The notes below the pieces were generated by a model. It had not been told where the DNA came from. It did not search any database and saw nothing but the letters and a program-made list of their open reading frames with translations. Of a stretch of DNA of 64,000 nt, positions 49,464-60,182 are shown in pieces. Numbering within the stretch: the first letter of the stretch is position 1; every line of letters starts with the position of its first letter. The DNA lies in assembly GCA_043797085.1 (NCBI GenBank), contig JAZDQA010000010.1, positions 1 to 64,000 on the forward strand, in the 5' to 3' direction. Both the position numbers and the translations under genes were made by a program. Source of the stretch: Pseudomonadota bacterium. Its GTDB lineage: Bacteria; Campylobacterota; Campylobacteria; Campylobacterales; Sulfurimonadaceae.

Positions 49464-50620
49464 AAAAGTTAATCCTTGTCTTATTATCACTCCTTGGTCT
49501 TCTTTGGGCAGAGCCTTCTGTTTTAACCGATACTTCTTCACCTGCTCAAGAATCAGAACCTCTTGCAACTCCTGAGAGTACCGAAGAAACGGGCGTTGAT
49601 GCTTTATTCTCCAATGTTACCGAAAATAGCACTGGAGTTGTTTTAGAAAATACCAATACCCCTGCCCGTCTTTATATCGGTGAAGTTTTTCCTTTAACAA
49701 TCAAACTCACCCCTACTGATATTGCATCAGGAAATATTGAATATACACTGCAAGGCGAAGAGGGAATCCGTATTTTTAGTCAAACTCCTATTCGCAGCGT
49801 TAAAGGCGATGCAGTTTATGACACGTTTTATTTTCTCATTCAATCAAACACTATACGCTTTCCTGACATCACTGCAATGACGACTTCAACAGGAGCCGTT
49901 TCTAATACCTTAGCGGGGCTTTCGTTTAACGCAACACCTCTCAATCCGCCTGCAACGTACGCCAACGTCTTAGCCGATTCGTTTAAGGTCATCGATTATA
50001 AAACAACGGCCTATAATCAAGAGAGTAATATTGTTGTCTTTACCGTCAAAGCAACGCGTTGTAATATTGCTACTTTTTCTCTCGTTAATGCTATTAAGCA
50101 GGGCTTTGAATCGAAACTGCCAAATGTTGCGGAATCAACAATGACCTATTATGCCATCATTCCCAACACAGAGCAAACACTCGATTTCACCATATTCAAT
50201 CTCAAAAAAAATCGCTATGAATCCATCAGTATCCCTATCGTTGTCGATGATGATGCCGTATCAACACAAAGCGATCTCTCTCCAACCGATGCACGGCATA
50301 CTGAATTAAAAGTAGGAGCAGCAGCAATTTTCGGCGTTATTTTTATTTCGTTGTTCTATTGGAGACGCTCGAAGTGGTATTTGTATGCGTCAATCCTTCC
50401 TCTTTTTTATGTCATTTTTACCCTACTTCCCAACTCAAGTGTATGCGTTAAAAAAAGTGCTCCTGTCTATCTTTTGCCGATTAAACACGGAACAATCTTT
50501 GAAACAACATCAGAAGAAGAAAAGCTCGAAGTAGAGAATACCGTAGGAGAGTTTACGAAAGTTCATCTCAAAAATAATAAAATTGGCTGGGTGCATGAGA
50601 ACGATCTTTGCTCGAATTAG
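49460..50620 (+). CDS. Conserved periplasmic/membrane protein with C-terminal SH3-like region
   Basis: Signal peptide, VSTQSDL.P, two TMs, LLP....TIF and KIGWV. Confidence 0.7.
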   Translation: MKKLILVLLSLLGLLWAEPSVLTDTSSPAQESEPLATPESTEETGVDALFSNVTENSTGVVLENTNTPARLYIGEVFPLTIKLTPTDIASGNIEYTLQGEEGIRIFSQTPIRSVKGDAVYDTFYFLIQSNTIRFPDITAMTTSTGAVSNTLAGLSFNATPLNPPATYANVLADSFKVIDYKTTAYNQESNIVVFTVKATRCNIATFSLVNAIKQGFESKLPNVAESTMTYYAIIPNTEQTLDFTIFNLKKNRYESISIPIVVDDDAVSTQSDLSPTDARHTELKVGAAAIFGVIFISLFYWRRSKWYLYASILPLFYVIFTLLPNSSVCVKKSAPVYLLPIKHGTIFETTSEEEKLEVENTVGEFTKVHLKNNKIGWVHENDLCSN

Positions 50621-51296
50621 ATGGCTTTATGCCATAATTGTCATCTTTACAGGGATGACTCTTATGATTGTGACGTTTTATCTTCTCCCGAAACCGTACT
50701 CAGTAAAATTTTCCTCGTGGTTTATCCGATTGTTGCTTTTCTCACCGGTAAAAGTAAAGGGGAAATGTGATCCTGATGCTCAAATGTTTCTCATCAACCA
50801 TCAAAGCGATATTGATATCGGTATCATGGAGACAATCACCTCTCATGATCTTGCATGGGTAGCCAAAAAAGAACTTTTTAATGTTCCGTTCTTTGGGCTT
50901 GTCCTAAAGCTTCCCAACGACATTGCCGTAGAGCGTGAAAGTAAAACGGCCCTGATTAAGATGATTAAAGATGCAAAAGAACGCATTGATGCCGGACGCA
51001 CCATTACTATTTTCCCAGAAGGAACACGCAGTGAAGGCGGTGTGATGAAACCCTTTAAGCCTGGTGCCAAAATGGTAGCGGATAAATACGCCCTTAAAGT
51101 TCAGCCTGTTGTTCTCATTGCAACTTCATCGTATTTTAGCAACAAGCGCAAAAATTTCTCTCCCGGAAGAGTAACTGCTGTATTTTTGGAACCGTTAATC
51201 GCCGATAAAAGTGATCCAGAGTGGCTAAAAAATACCCAAAAACAGATGCAAAAGGTATATGATGATGAGTTTTCAAACCATCCTCGCAATCGGTAG
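50595..51296 (+). CDS. plsC: 1-acyl-sn-glycerol-3-phosphate acyltransferase
   Basis: NHQS..D, AKKEL, IFPEGTRS. Confidence 0.92.
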   Translation: MRTIFARIRWLYAIIVIFTGMTLMIVTFYLLPKPYSVKFSSWFIRLLLFSPVKVKGKCDPDAQMFLINHQSDIDIGIMETITSHDLAWVAKKELFNVPFFGLVLKLPNDIAVERESKTALIKMIKDAKERIDAGRTITIFPEGTRSEGGVMKPFKPGAKMVADKYALKVQPVVLIATSSYFSNKRKNFSPGRVTAVFLEPLIADKSDPEWLKNTQKQMQKVYDDEFSNHPRNR

Positions 51297-51651
51297 CGGA
51301 GCCTTTATCGGGGCTGTGCTTCGCGCCTATCTCAACGGGGTAGTAAATCACCATTTTCCTCACACCCTCCCCTTTGGTACGCTCTCAGTCAATCTGATCG
51401 GAAGTTTTATCATCGGTGTTTTATTCGCCTATTTCAGCTACACCACTTTTTTTAGTGTTCAAGCAAAATCATTTTTGACTACCGGATTTTTAGGGGGGCT
51501 TACCACCTACTCTACTTTTGCGATGGAGACGGTTTTTTTACTCAGTGGCGGAAACTTATTGATGGCAGGACTGAATATGGCACTCAATACTTTTGGTACG
51601 GTGGCAATGGCAGCATCGGGATATTATTTATTTAAGCAGTGGCTAGCGTAA
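51259..51651 (+). CDS. crcB: Fluoride channel CrcB/FluC
   Basis: GAVLR, PFGTL.VN..GSF, TGFLGGLTTYSTF. Confidence 0.94.
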   Translation: MMMSFQTILAIGSGAFIGAVLRAYLNGVVNHHFPHTLPFGTLSVNLIGSFIIGVLFAYFSYTTFFSVQAKSFLTTGFLGGLTTYSTFAMETVFLLSGGNLLMAGLNMALNTFGTVAMAASGYYLFKQWLA

Positions 51652-52210
51652 CAATCTCATCTGCACACCATTGCGCAAGATGTTGATCGTGTGTGATAAG
51701 CAAAACTCCCATCCCCTCTAAATGTTCCACAATCAGTTTCATAATATCAAGCTGATTTAGATTATCAAGCGCCGAAGTCGGCTCATCGAGAAGTAAGAGC
51801 TGCGGCTTCATAAGCAGTGCACGTAAAATCGAACACCGTTGCAGTTGACCGCCGGAAAGTTTATGAGGGAGTGCCTCCAAATGCGATTCATCCAAACCCA
51901 TTTGAGACAATAATACTTCGTATCCTTCCATCGATACGACATCTGCTATTTGTTCACGAATGGTATACGTGGGATGAAATGAGCTATACGGGTCTTGAAA
52001 TACCTGCGAGAGTGCAAGAGACTCAATCTTTCCTTTGTGAGGCTTCAAACGCCCTAAAATTAGTTCAAACAGCGTTGATTTTCCTACACCGCTGGGACCT
52101 ACTATTGCTTTTATTTCGCCTTTGTTCAGGGTTAAAGAAAAATTCTCAAAGAGCAGCATCTCTTTTTTATATCCAAAAGAGATATTATCAACATCTAAAA
52201 CGCACTTCAA
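51632..52210 (-). CDS. ABC transporter ATP-binding protein (peptide/nickel type, orphan)
   Basis: GPSGVGKS, VFQDP, LSGGQ, LDEPTSALD. Confidence 0.9.
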   Translation of the reverse strand: MKCVLDVDNISFGYKKEMLLFENFSLTLNKGEIKAIVGPSGVGKSTLFELILGRLKPHKGKIESLALSQVFQDPYSSFHPTYTIREQIADVVSMEGYEVLLSQMGLDESHLEALPHKLSGGQLQRCSILRALLMKPQLLLLDEPTSALDNLNQLDIMKLIVEHLEGMGVLLITHDQHLAQWCADEIVTLATA

Positions 52211-53439
52211 CGAATTTGACCTTTGCCATACACTTTGTATTTGTACGTCGTTAATCCCTCAACACCCATCGGTCCTCGTGCATGAAGCTTGTTGGTACTG
52301 ATCCCCACTTCGGCTCCGAATCCAAATGCTCCTCCATCCGTAAAACGTGTTGAAGCGTTGACGTATACCGCTGCCGCATCGATTGCATCCATAAAACGCT
52401 CTGCGATTGTAATATTCTCCGTAATAATCGCTTCAGAGTGACCCGAACCAAAACGGACGATATGCGCAATCGCCCCCTCTACCCCATCAACCACGCGAAT
52501 ATTAAGAATATTGGCAAGATATTCGGTATCATAATCTTCTTCAGTAGCTTCCGCCACATCGACGATCTCGCGCGTCAAGTCACACCCTTTCAGTTGCGTA
52601 CGAGCATGGTCAAATGCTTCTTTTAAAATCGGCAATAAAGTCGGAGCAATCCTTTCATCAACCAGTAAAGTTTCCATCGAATTGCATACACCCGGACGCT
52701 GAACTTTTGCATTCAGTGCAATGGCAATGGCATTTTCGATATTTGCTTCTGCATGTATATAAGTATGACATAGCCCTTTATCGTGCTTAACAACCGGAAC
52801 ACTAGAATTTTGGCTCACATAACGGATAAGCCCCTCGCCTCCACGCGGGACGATCAAATCCACATAACGGTCCATCTTGATAAGTTTCGCCACCCCTTCA
52901 CGCGAAGAGTCAGGAAGAAGGGCTATGAGTTCTTTTGGGAGATTATTACGGATCAAAACTGCTTGCAATACTTCTGCTATCGCAATATTGGAAAGTTCTG
53001 CTTCCTTGCCTCCTTTTAGAACACATCCGTTTGAGCTTTTAAAACACAATGCCGCCGTATCCGAAGTGACGTTCGGGCGCGATTCATAGATGATCCCAAT
53101 GACACCGATAGGGATACTCACTTTTTCGATTTTGAGTCCCGCTTCAGTCACCCAGCCCTCAAGCACACGACCTACGGGATCTTTGAGTGCGGCAATCTCT
53201 TCAATCGCAACCGCCATCGCATCAATGCGTTTTTCATCCAATAGTAAACGCTCTTTCAACGAAGAGGTCAAATTTTCCTCTTGGGCATGGCGCATGTCCA
53301 CGGCATTCGCTTCAAGTATATTCATAGTGTTGGCACGTAAACTTTCTGCCATCTCACGTAAAATTCGGTTACGTTCACTTCCCGCCATGGTTGCTAAAAC
53401 ACGGCTTGCTGATTTTGCTTTTTCTAAAAATTGTTCCAT
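52207..53439 (-). CDS. proA: Gamma-glutamyl phosphate reductase
   Basis: IYESRPNVT, CNSMET, NASTRFTDG, KLHARGPMG. Confidence 0.97.
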   Translation of the reverse strand: MEQFLEKAKSASRVLATMAGSERNRILREMAESLRANTMNILEANAVDMRHAQEENLTSSLKERLLLDEKRIDAMAVAIEEIAALKDPVGRVLEGWVTEAGLKIEKVSIPIGVIGIIYESRPNVTSDTAALCFKSSNGCVLKGGKEAELSNIAIAEVLQAVLIRNNLPKELIALLPDSSREGVAKLIKMDRYVDLIVPRGGEGLIRYVSQNSSVPVVKHDKGLCHTYIHAEANIENAIAIALNAKVQRPGVCNSMETLLVDERIAPTLLPILKEAFDHARTQLKGCDLTREIVDVAEATEEDYDTEYLANILNIRVVDGVEGAIAHIVRFGSGHSEAIITENITIAERFMDAIDAAAVYVNASTRFTDGGAFGFGAEVGISTNKLHARGPMGVEGLTTYKYKVYGKGQIR

Positions 53440-53468
53440 TTATTTATCCTTCGTACAACGTATACGTA

Positions 53469-54389
53469 TTAATTTATCTCATTGTTAATAAATGCAGAAA
53501 GTTGAGAAAAGTTTTTACTCTCAATCAATTTCTCCATCGTCGTGATCACATTGCTTTTACGGAAATTTTTCTCATACCGTAATACCTCATTCATCAAATC
53601 GTGACAACGAGAAGCATCTTTAGCCTCCGCTGCGTCTTTAAGCTCTTTGAGTATCGTCATGAAAAAGATATTCTTTTTGAGACGATAAAAAATATCATTC
53701 TCTTCCGATTGAGAATGAACAGTAACACTAATTTCCGGTAATTCTACCTCTTCCGATACAATTTCCTCCATATCGTTTACTTCTAAAATCTCTTTTTCGC
53801 TTTGCGTAGACGATGACACTTGAGTAGGAGCTCGACGTTTAAACACACGAAATAATACGGCTGTCAAAACAAGTACTCCTGTAATAATAATCCAAAACGG
53901 CACAATTTTTTCTTCATCATTCATCGGAGGATTTTTTGCTTCTATTGTTTTTACTTCAGGACGCTTTTCAACTTTTTGTATAATAGAACGATTAACGTCT
54001 TCAACGACAGGAGCTATTTGAGCATGTTCTAAAACAATAGCACCCTTAGTCGGACCAAAATAGCTATTGCTGTATGCATCAGGATAAAGATGTTCAAACT
54101 GCTTTATAACTTGATCTGTAATAGCTTTAGTCTCTAATGGCTCAATCGCAAGAATAAATGCTTTTCCTGAAGAGCGTGCTACAATCTCGTAGTGATATTT
54201 TTCTTGGATAGCACGCTCATTGACCCCTAGCTTACCATCTAAACTTGCAAGCTTAGATTTCGCCTCATCAAATGTTGGAAAAGATGCCAAAACAACCTTA
54301 TATCCTTTTGCTTCGCTTGCATATCCATAAACAGCTGACAAAATAACCAGCCAGCCGATCATCCATACTTTGAATCCATATTTCATCAT
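53469..54389 (-). CDS. Hypothetical membrane protein with SPOR-like N-terminal domain
   Basis: Signal peptide, VVLASF.TFDEA...YPDAY, central TM. Confidence 0.6.
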   Translation of the reverse strand: MMKYGFKVWMIGWLVILSAVYGYASEAKGYKVVLASFPTFDEAKSKLASLDGKLGVNERAIQEKYHYEIVARSSGKAFILAIEPLETKAITDQVIKQFEHLYPDAYSNSYFGPTKGAIVLEHAQIAPVVEDVNRSIIQKVEKRPEVKTIEAKNPPMNDEEKIVPFWIIITGVLVLTAVLFRVFKRRAPTQVSSSTQSEKEILEVNDMEEIVSEEVELPEISVTVHSQSEENDIFYRLKKNIFFMTILKELKDAAEAKDASRCHDLMNEVLRYEKNFRKSNVITTMEKLIESKNFSQLSAFINNEIN

Positions 54390-55612
54390 TGCTCCATTGC
54401 TTTTTCGAAGGCATTAACCTTCTCCATTACAGTTTGTATTAAAGGCTCTATTATCGCATATTTTAGCCCTTTCTCAGCCAAGAATGCTTCTATTGACTCC
54501 GTATCAAAAAGCTCAATGGATCGAACCAAGTCAAGTAATTCTCCATAAAACCCTATACCGTCCAGCACAGCATCTTCAATCTCATACGCGATATTAAGTT
54601 TCGAAAGCACGTCTCTTTGAGGCATATTGAAAAGTAAATGGATAAGTGAAAGCATCCCTGTAAAGTAGGCTTTTGAGATATCCTCCTTAGAGGCTTTTGG
54701 ATTTAGCATACGCACCAAAGCAGACATCATCTCTGTGCGATTCACCACCATCAGTAACAATGGAGCTCTCTGCGGAGTTTGGCTTTGTGCATCTGAAAAC
54801 ATCATCAGCATAATCCAGTTTGAAATCGGGTCACGACCCATCAAAGTAAGAACTTGTTTCATGGATGAAACCGGATTTTTGAGTGAAAAAGCAGCCGAAT
54901 TGATAAAACGAAGAAGTTTTAGGCTAATGGCATGGTTGCTTTGAAATGCATCCACAAGTTCAGGTATTTCAATCTCGCTTTGTAATAAATTCCATAAATG
55001 AAAAATTCCCTCTTGCTCGGCAGAAAATGAAATGTTTTTAATGATATTTGGCTCAGAAATAAAATAGCCCTGAAAAGCATCCAAGCCTATCGATAAACAC
55101 AACTCATACATCTCGTGAGTCTCAATTTTTGTACCGATCACCTGAATACCCACCTCATGAAGAAGTGAAATACTGCGCCCTACCTGAGATAAATCACTGC
55201 GAGAAGCATCGATTTTCAGGTAGCTTAAAAAAGGTAAGATCAACGCATATTTTTGAATAGTCTCATCATCATAAATACACTCATTAAGTGCAAAAAAGTA
55301 CCCTTGCGCCTTTAATGAGAGCATTCTTTCGACCAGTGCTTCATCGATTACCGTATCTGCAAAGAGTGAATAAACGACTTTATCATTCGGAAGCAAATCA
55401 ATTACATCATAATCAAGAAACTCTCGATTCACTCGAATAAATCCAATATGTTTGCCTAAGACGGTCTCCATCGAGACCAATAAATTACTAATAACAGCAG
55501 CGGTAAAACCATTATCATCATTATGTCCTGATTCACGGTAAAGCAAGTCGTACGCAACAATTCTGGCTTTTGCATTGATAATAGGCTGGCGTCCGAGATA
55601 TCTATCGCTCAT
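54386..55612 (-). CDS. EAL-like plus HDOD domain protein (YuxH-like)
   Basis: GRQPI, YDLLYR, FQGYF, KLLRFINSA; EAL catalytic residues degenerate. Confidence 0.85.
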   Translation of the reverse strand: MSDRYLGRQPIINAKARIVAYDLLYRESGHNDDNGFTAAVISNLLVSMETVLGKHIGFIRVNREFLDYDVIDLLPNDKVVYSLFADTVIDEALVERMLSLKAQGYFFALNECIYDDETIQKYALILPFLSYLKIDASRSDLSQVGRSISLLHEVGIQVIGTKIETHEMYELCLSIGLDAFQGYFISEPNIIKNISFSAEQEGIFHLWNLLQSEIEIPELVDAFQSNHAISLKLLRFINSAAFSLKNPVSSMKQVLTLMGRDPISNWIMLMMFSDAQSQTPQRAPLLLMVVNRTEMMSALVRMLNPKASKEDISKAYFTGMLSLIHLLFNMPQRDVLSKLNIAYEIEDAVLDGIGFYGELLDLVRSIELFDTESIEAFLAEKGLKYAIIEPLIQTVMEKVNAFEKAMEQ

Positions 55613-55641
55613 ATATGTCCAAAAATAGTTAATTATAAAGA

Positions 55642-56763
55642 TTATAACAAAGGTTGACTGGGGTTATCTAAAAGAGGAAAATACGCTCTAATATCGTCCA
55701 TTAATCTATCCAGTTGGATCTTGTACTGGTCGAAAAGGCTAAAGTAGCTCTGTTCGTCTGTGTCACTAAGAGCTAGTTTCATGCTTGAAGCAATCTCATA
55801 AAGGGGGTACGCACCGATATTTGCAGTTATACCGATAATATCAAGAAGTAATGCATCAGCAGCTTTAAGATTATTAGAGCGCAAAAATTCTCCCAACTTG
55901 TCAGAAGAATTGGCATAGTCACTCATAACCTCTGATAAGATTTCACAGTAAAAATCCTCATCTCCTCCACACGCTTGAAGCCCTTTATCAGCATCTAAAT
56001 TGTTGGTCATTATAACTTCGATAAACTCATCTTTATGCGTTACTTTACCTGCATAGGCATAAATAATTTTATAGAGAGATTCCATTCTCAGAGGTTTTTC
56101 TAGATGTTCGGACATTCCTGCATCTTTCATTTTATGTATGTCATCCGATGCAGTATCACCACTAAGAGCGACTACTACGATGTGATCATATTGTGGATTT
56201 TCTCGAATAATGTGTGTTGCTTGGAAACCATCCACTCTTGGCATGTGGGCATCCATTAAAATCATTAGGAAATTGGTATCATTTTCGAGTATATCCAAAG
56301 CTTCCTGACCATCATTAGCTAACACTAACTCTATACCGCTTCCCGCTAAAAGACCCACGAGAACTTTTTGGTTAATTAGGTTATCTTCGGCAACCAATAT
56401 TCTCTCACCCGCAAATTCTGCAAAATTTTGTTTGGTGATTTTTCCATGCGCGGGAACGGATCGTTTTTGGATTACCGTGTCACTTTTTCTTCTACTCGTT
56501 ACGTCATTATCGTCGAGAGATGGTTCTATAACTTCAACATCTTCTTCTTTTTCATCTAAAGGAATCTCCAAAAGTGGCGCTTCTTGTATCTCTGGAATTA
56601 TTTCTATCTTCTCTTCGGTAGCTATTTCCTGTATATAATTCTTCTCTGATACATTACTATGAGCTTGTGGGGCTGAGCATCTTTTTAAAATAAGGTAAAA
56701 AATTATAATACCTTCCACTATGGCTATAGTGACAATAATCCCTTGTTGAAATTCATTAAACAT
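55642..56763 (-). CDS. Membrane-anchored receiver plus HPt-like protein, copy 1
   Basis: N-terminal TM, LVAEDN, LMDAHMP, EKP; helical C-terminus ...ANIGA. Confidence 0.85.
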   Translation of the reverse strand: MFNEFQQGIIVTIAIVEGIIIFYLILKRCSAPQAHSNVSEKNYIQEIATEEKIEIIPEIQEAPLLEIPLDEKEEDVEVIEPSLDDNDVTSRRKSDTVIQKRSVPAHGKITKQNFAEFAGERILVAEDNLINQKVLVGLLAGSGIELVLANDGQEALDILENDTNFLMILMDAHMPRVDGFQATHIIRENPQYDHIVVVALSGDTASDDIHKMKDAGMSEHLEKPLRMESLYKIIYAYAGKVTHKDEFIEVIMTNNLDADKGLQACGGDEDFYCEILSEVMSDYANSSDKLGEFLRSNNLKAADALLLDIIGITANIGAYPLYEIASSMKLALSDTDEQSYFSLFDQYKIQLDRLMDDIRAYFPLLDNPSQPLL

Positions 56764-56898
56764 TAGAAACTCTTTTTTTTTCTTTTATCATACACTATTA
56801 ATTCAAATTTTTACACGAAAATTATAGATGTACCAAGGAGAACTTAAACCTCATGAAATAATACTCAAGGATTTAGGTCAATAAATAAGATAGAATCA

Positions 56899-58002
56899 TC
56901 AAAGATACTCTCTAATATCTTCTATTAATCTATCCAATTTGACCTTGTACTGATCGAAAAGGATAAAATAACTCCGTTCGTGAGTATCACTGAGAGCCAG
57001 TTTCATGGTTGAAGCAATTTCACGCAGTGAGTCTGCCCCAATATTTGCAGTTACCCCGATAATATCCAAAAGGTATGCATCAGCATCATGGAGATTATTC
57101 GAGCGTAAAAGTTCTCCTAACTTGTCAGAAGAATTGGCATAGTCGCTCATAAACTCGGATAAGATTTCACGGTAAAAATCCTCATCTCCGCCACATGTCT
57201 GAAGTCCTTTGTCCATATCTAAATTCTCTCTCATTACAGTTTCTGCAGGCTCACTTACAGGAGTTTCTTTGCCTGTATACGCATAGATGATTTTGTATAG
57301 AGATTCCATCCTTAGAGGCTTTTCTAGCTGTTCAGACATTCCTGCATTCTTCATTTTTTGTATGTCATCCGATGCAGTGTCTCCACTAAGCGCGACTACT
57401 ACAATATGATCATATTGTGAATTTTCACGAATAATACGTGTTGCTTGAAAGCCATCCACTCTTGGCATGTGGGCATCCATTAAAATCATCAAAAAATTCG
57501 TGTCATTTTCAAGTATATCTAGAGCTTCCTGCCCATCATTGGCCATGACTAGCTCTATACCGCTTCCAGCCAAAAGACCCAAAAGAACTTTTTGGTTGAT
57601 GATATTATCTTCTGCAACCAATATCCTCTCACCGGCGAATTCAGAAAAATTTTGTTTTGTAATTTTTCCATGCTCTGGAACAGATCGTTTTTGAATTGTC
57701 TTGTCATTTTTTCTTCTATCCGTTAACGTTTTATCTTCTGGAGTTGGAGTTATGACGCCAAAGTCTCCTTCTTCTGTTCCATATAAAGAAATTTCTGAAA
57801 GTTGCTCTATTTTTGGTTCTTCTTTTATCTCTGGAACAGTTTCTACTTTCTCTTCGATAGATACTTCCGGACTATCATTTTTTTCTGATACATTACTATG
57901 AGTTTGTGGGGCTGAGTTTCTTTTTAAAATAAAGTAAACAACTAAAATACCTACCACTATGGCTACGGTGATTATAATCCCTTGTTCATATTCATTAAAC
58001 AT
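56899..58002 (-). CDS. Membrane-anchored receiver plus HPt-like protein, copy 2
   Basis: Near-identical receiver and C-terminal domain to 55642-56763. Confidence 0.85.
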   Translation of the reverse strand: MFNEYEQGIIITVAIVVGILVVYFILKRNSAPQTHSNVSEKNDSPEVSIEEKVETVPEIKEEPKIEQLSEISLYGTEEGDFGVITPTPEDKTLTDRRKNDKTIQKRSVPEHGKITKQNFSEFAGERILVAEDNIINQKVLLGLLAGSGIELVMANDGQEALDILENDTNFLMILMDAHMPRVDGFQATRIIRENSQYDHIVVVALSGDTASDDIQKMKNAGMSEQLEKPLRMESLYKIIYAYTGKETPVSEPAETVMRENLDMDKGLQTCGGDEDFYREILSEFMSDYANSSDKLGELLRSNNLHDADAYLLDIIGVTANIGADSLREIASTMKLALSDTHERSYFILFDQYKVKLDRLIEDIREYL

Positions 58003-58182
58003 TAGATACTCTCTTTTTTCTTTATATCATACAATTTTTTGCTTATAAAAACAATACAGGTTTTAGAAAATAGTTTTATCATAGAGACGATAAACGTGAA
58101 GGAAAGGAAATAAATTAAGAGAGAAAAGATGGAGTCACCCGCGAGGGGCACAATGCCCGCCGAAACGGGATAGGAGGAAAAA

Positions 58183-60057
58183 TTACTCGATTTCTGCGTC
58201 GATGACGTCGTCATCTTTTTTAGCAGCAGGTGCAGCTTCACCCTCTTCTTTTTGTTTGTACATTTGCTCTGCCATTTTGTGGCTTGCATCGGCTAGTTTT
58301 TTCGTTGCAGCTTCGATTTGCTCTTTGGTTGCATCCGTATCTTTTAGGATAGCTTTTAGTTCCGCTAGTGCTTCTTCGATTGCAGCTTTTTCAGATGCGT
58401 CGATTTTATCACCCATCTCTTCGAGACTTTTTTCGGTTTGGCTTGCCAACGCATCAGCTTGATTACGTAAATCAACGATCTCTTTACGTTTAGCATCTTC
58501 TGCTTTGTGGTTTTCAGCGTCTTGAACCATTTTGTTGATCTCTTCTTCACTCAATCCGCTTGACCCAGTGATTTTGATCTCTTGAGATTTACCTGTCCCT
58601 TTATCACTTGCTGATACCGTCAAGATACCGTTTGCATCGATGTCAAACGTTACTTCGATTTGTGGTACACCGCGTCGTGCAGCAGGAATACCGGTAAGCT
58701 CAAATAGACCCAATGATTTGTTATCGCGGGCAAACTCACGCTCACCTTGACCTACTGAAATGCTAACTGCCGGTTGATTATCTTCTGCAGTTGAAAACAC
58801 TTGTGATTTCTTAACAGGGATAGTCGTCCCTTTTTCGATGATTTTTGTCATAACACCGCCAAGAGTTTCAATACCAAGTGAAAGTGGTGTAACGTCAAGA
58901 AGAAGTACGTCTTTTACATCTCCTCGAAGAACTCCGCCTTGGATTGCCGCGCCTGCTGCTACGACCTCATCTGGATTAACTCCACGGTTAAGTGTTTTTC
59001 CGCCGAACTCATCCGATACCATTTTTTGTGCAATAGGAAGACGTGTTGATCCACCAACCATAATGATTTCATTGATCTCATTTTTGCTAAGACCTGCGTC
59101 TTTCATTGCAGTTTTGATGTGACTGATCGTCTCTTTGATCATGTCATCAATCATCCCTTCAAATTTTGCACGAGTCAGTTTGACAACCAAGTGTTTTGGT
59201 CCTGATGCATCTGCCGTGATAAATGGCAAGTTGATCTCTGTCTCTTCTGCACTTGAAAGCTCTTTTTTTGCATTTTCAGCTGCATCTTTAAGACGTTGAA
59301 GCGCCATTTTGTCTGCTTTCAAATCAATACCATGGTCGCTTTTGAACTCATTCGCCAAAAAGTCTACGATTTTATTATCGAAGTCATCCCCACCAAGGAA
59401 TGCATTACCATCGGTTGAAAGAACTTCAAATGTACCTTCTGAAATTTCAAGAACCGTAACGTCGAACGTTCCGCCGCCCAAATCGTAAACAAGAACTTTT
59501 TCATCCGCTTTTGAATCCAACCCGTATGCAAGAGCAGATGCCGTTGGCTCGTTAATGATACGAAGAACGTTCAATCCAGCGATGGTTCCTGCCTCTTTCG
59601 TCGCTTTACGCTGTGCATCATTGAAATACGCAGGTACAGTGATAACCGCATCGGTTACCGATTGACCGAGATACGCTTCTGCATCCGTTTTCAATTTTGA
59701 GAGAATTTTTGCCGAAATCTCTTGTGGTGTGTACACTTTACCTGCAACGTCAACCGCAGCCATACCGTTTTTATCAACGATTTTATAGGTAACTTTGTCG
59801 TGCGCCTCTTTGGCTTTTTCTTCGTTCATCAAAAGACCCATGATACGTTTTACAGAATAAATCGTTTTATCCGGGTTTGTGATCGCTTGACGTTTAGCAG
59901 GATCTCCTACAAGGATTTCCCCTTTATCTGTAAATGCAACTACTGATGGAGTTGTATTTTTTCCCTCTTTATTCGGGATAATTTTCGCTTCGCCGCCCTC
60001 ATAGACAGCAACACATGAATTTGTAGTTCCTAAATCGATTCCAATTACTTTTGACAT
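58183..60057 (-). CDS. dnaK: Chaperone DnaK
   Basis: [28 protein letters not shown]. Confidence 0.98.
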   Translation of the reverse strand: MSKVIGIDLGTTNSCVAVYEGGEAKIIPNKEGKNTTPSVVAFTDKGEILVGDPAKRQAITNPDKTIYSVKRIMGLLMNEEKAKEAHDKVTYKIVDKNGMAAVDVAGKVYTPQEISAKILSKLKTDAEAYLGQSVTDAVITVPAYFNDAQRKATKEAGTIAGLNVLRIINEPTASALAYGLDSKADEKVLVYDLGGGTFDVTVLEISEGTFEVLSTDGNAFLGGDDFDNKIVDFLANEFKSDHGIDLKADKMALQRLKDAAENAKKELSSAEETEINLPFITADASGPKHLVVKLTRAKFEGMIDDMIKETISHIKTAMKDAGLSKNEINEIIMVGGSTRLPIAQKMVSDEFGGKTLNRGVNPDEVVAAGAAIQGGVLRGDVKDVLLLDVTPLSLGIETLGGVMTKIIEKGTTIPVKKSQVFSTAEDNQPAVSISVGQGEREFARDNKSLGLFELTGIPAARRGVPQIEVTFDIDANGILTVSASDKGTGKSQEIKITGSSGLSEEEINKMVQDAENHKAEDAKRKEIVDLRNQADALASQTEKSLEEMGDKIDASEKAAIEEALAELKAILKDTDATKEQIEAATKKLADASHKMAEQMYKQKEEGEAAPAAKKDDDVIDAEIE

Positions 60058-60098
60058 TTTGAATACCTTTATTTTAATTTATTTTTTCTTTTTTTAAT

Positions 60099-60179
60099 GC
60101 CGATGCCGAAAGCATCGGTGTACTTTAGTGCCTTAGCGGCGAGCGTAGACCATCGGGGCTTTTGCTCCGATGGTCGTTC
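60099..60179. repeat. Three-hairpin intergenic element related to the one upstream of flhB
   Basis: Hairpin, CTTTAGT, hairpin with TTAGC loop, AGCGTA, hairpin, GTTC. Confidence 0.65.
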
Positions 60180-60182
60180 AAA

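Noticed and set aside
60099..60179. Three-hairpin element as a hammerhead ribozyme
   Set aside because: No CUGANGA core on either strand.
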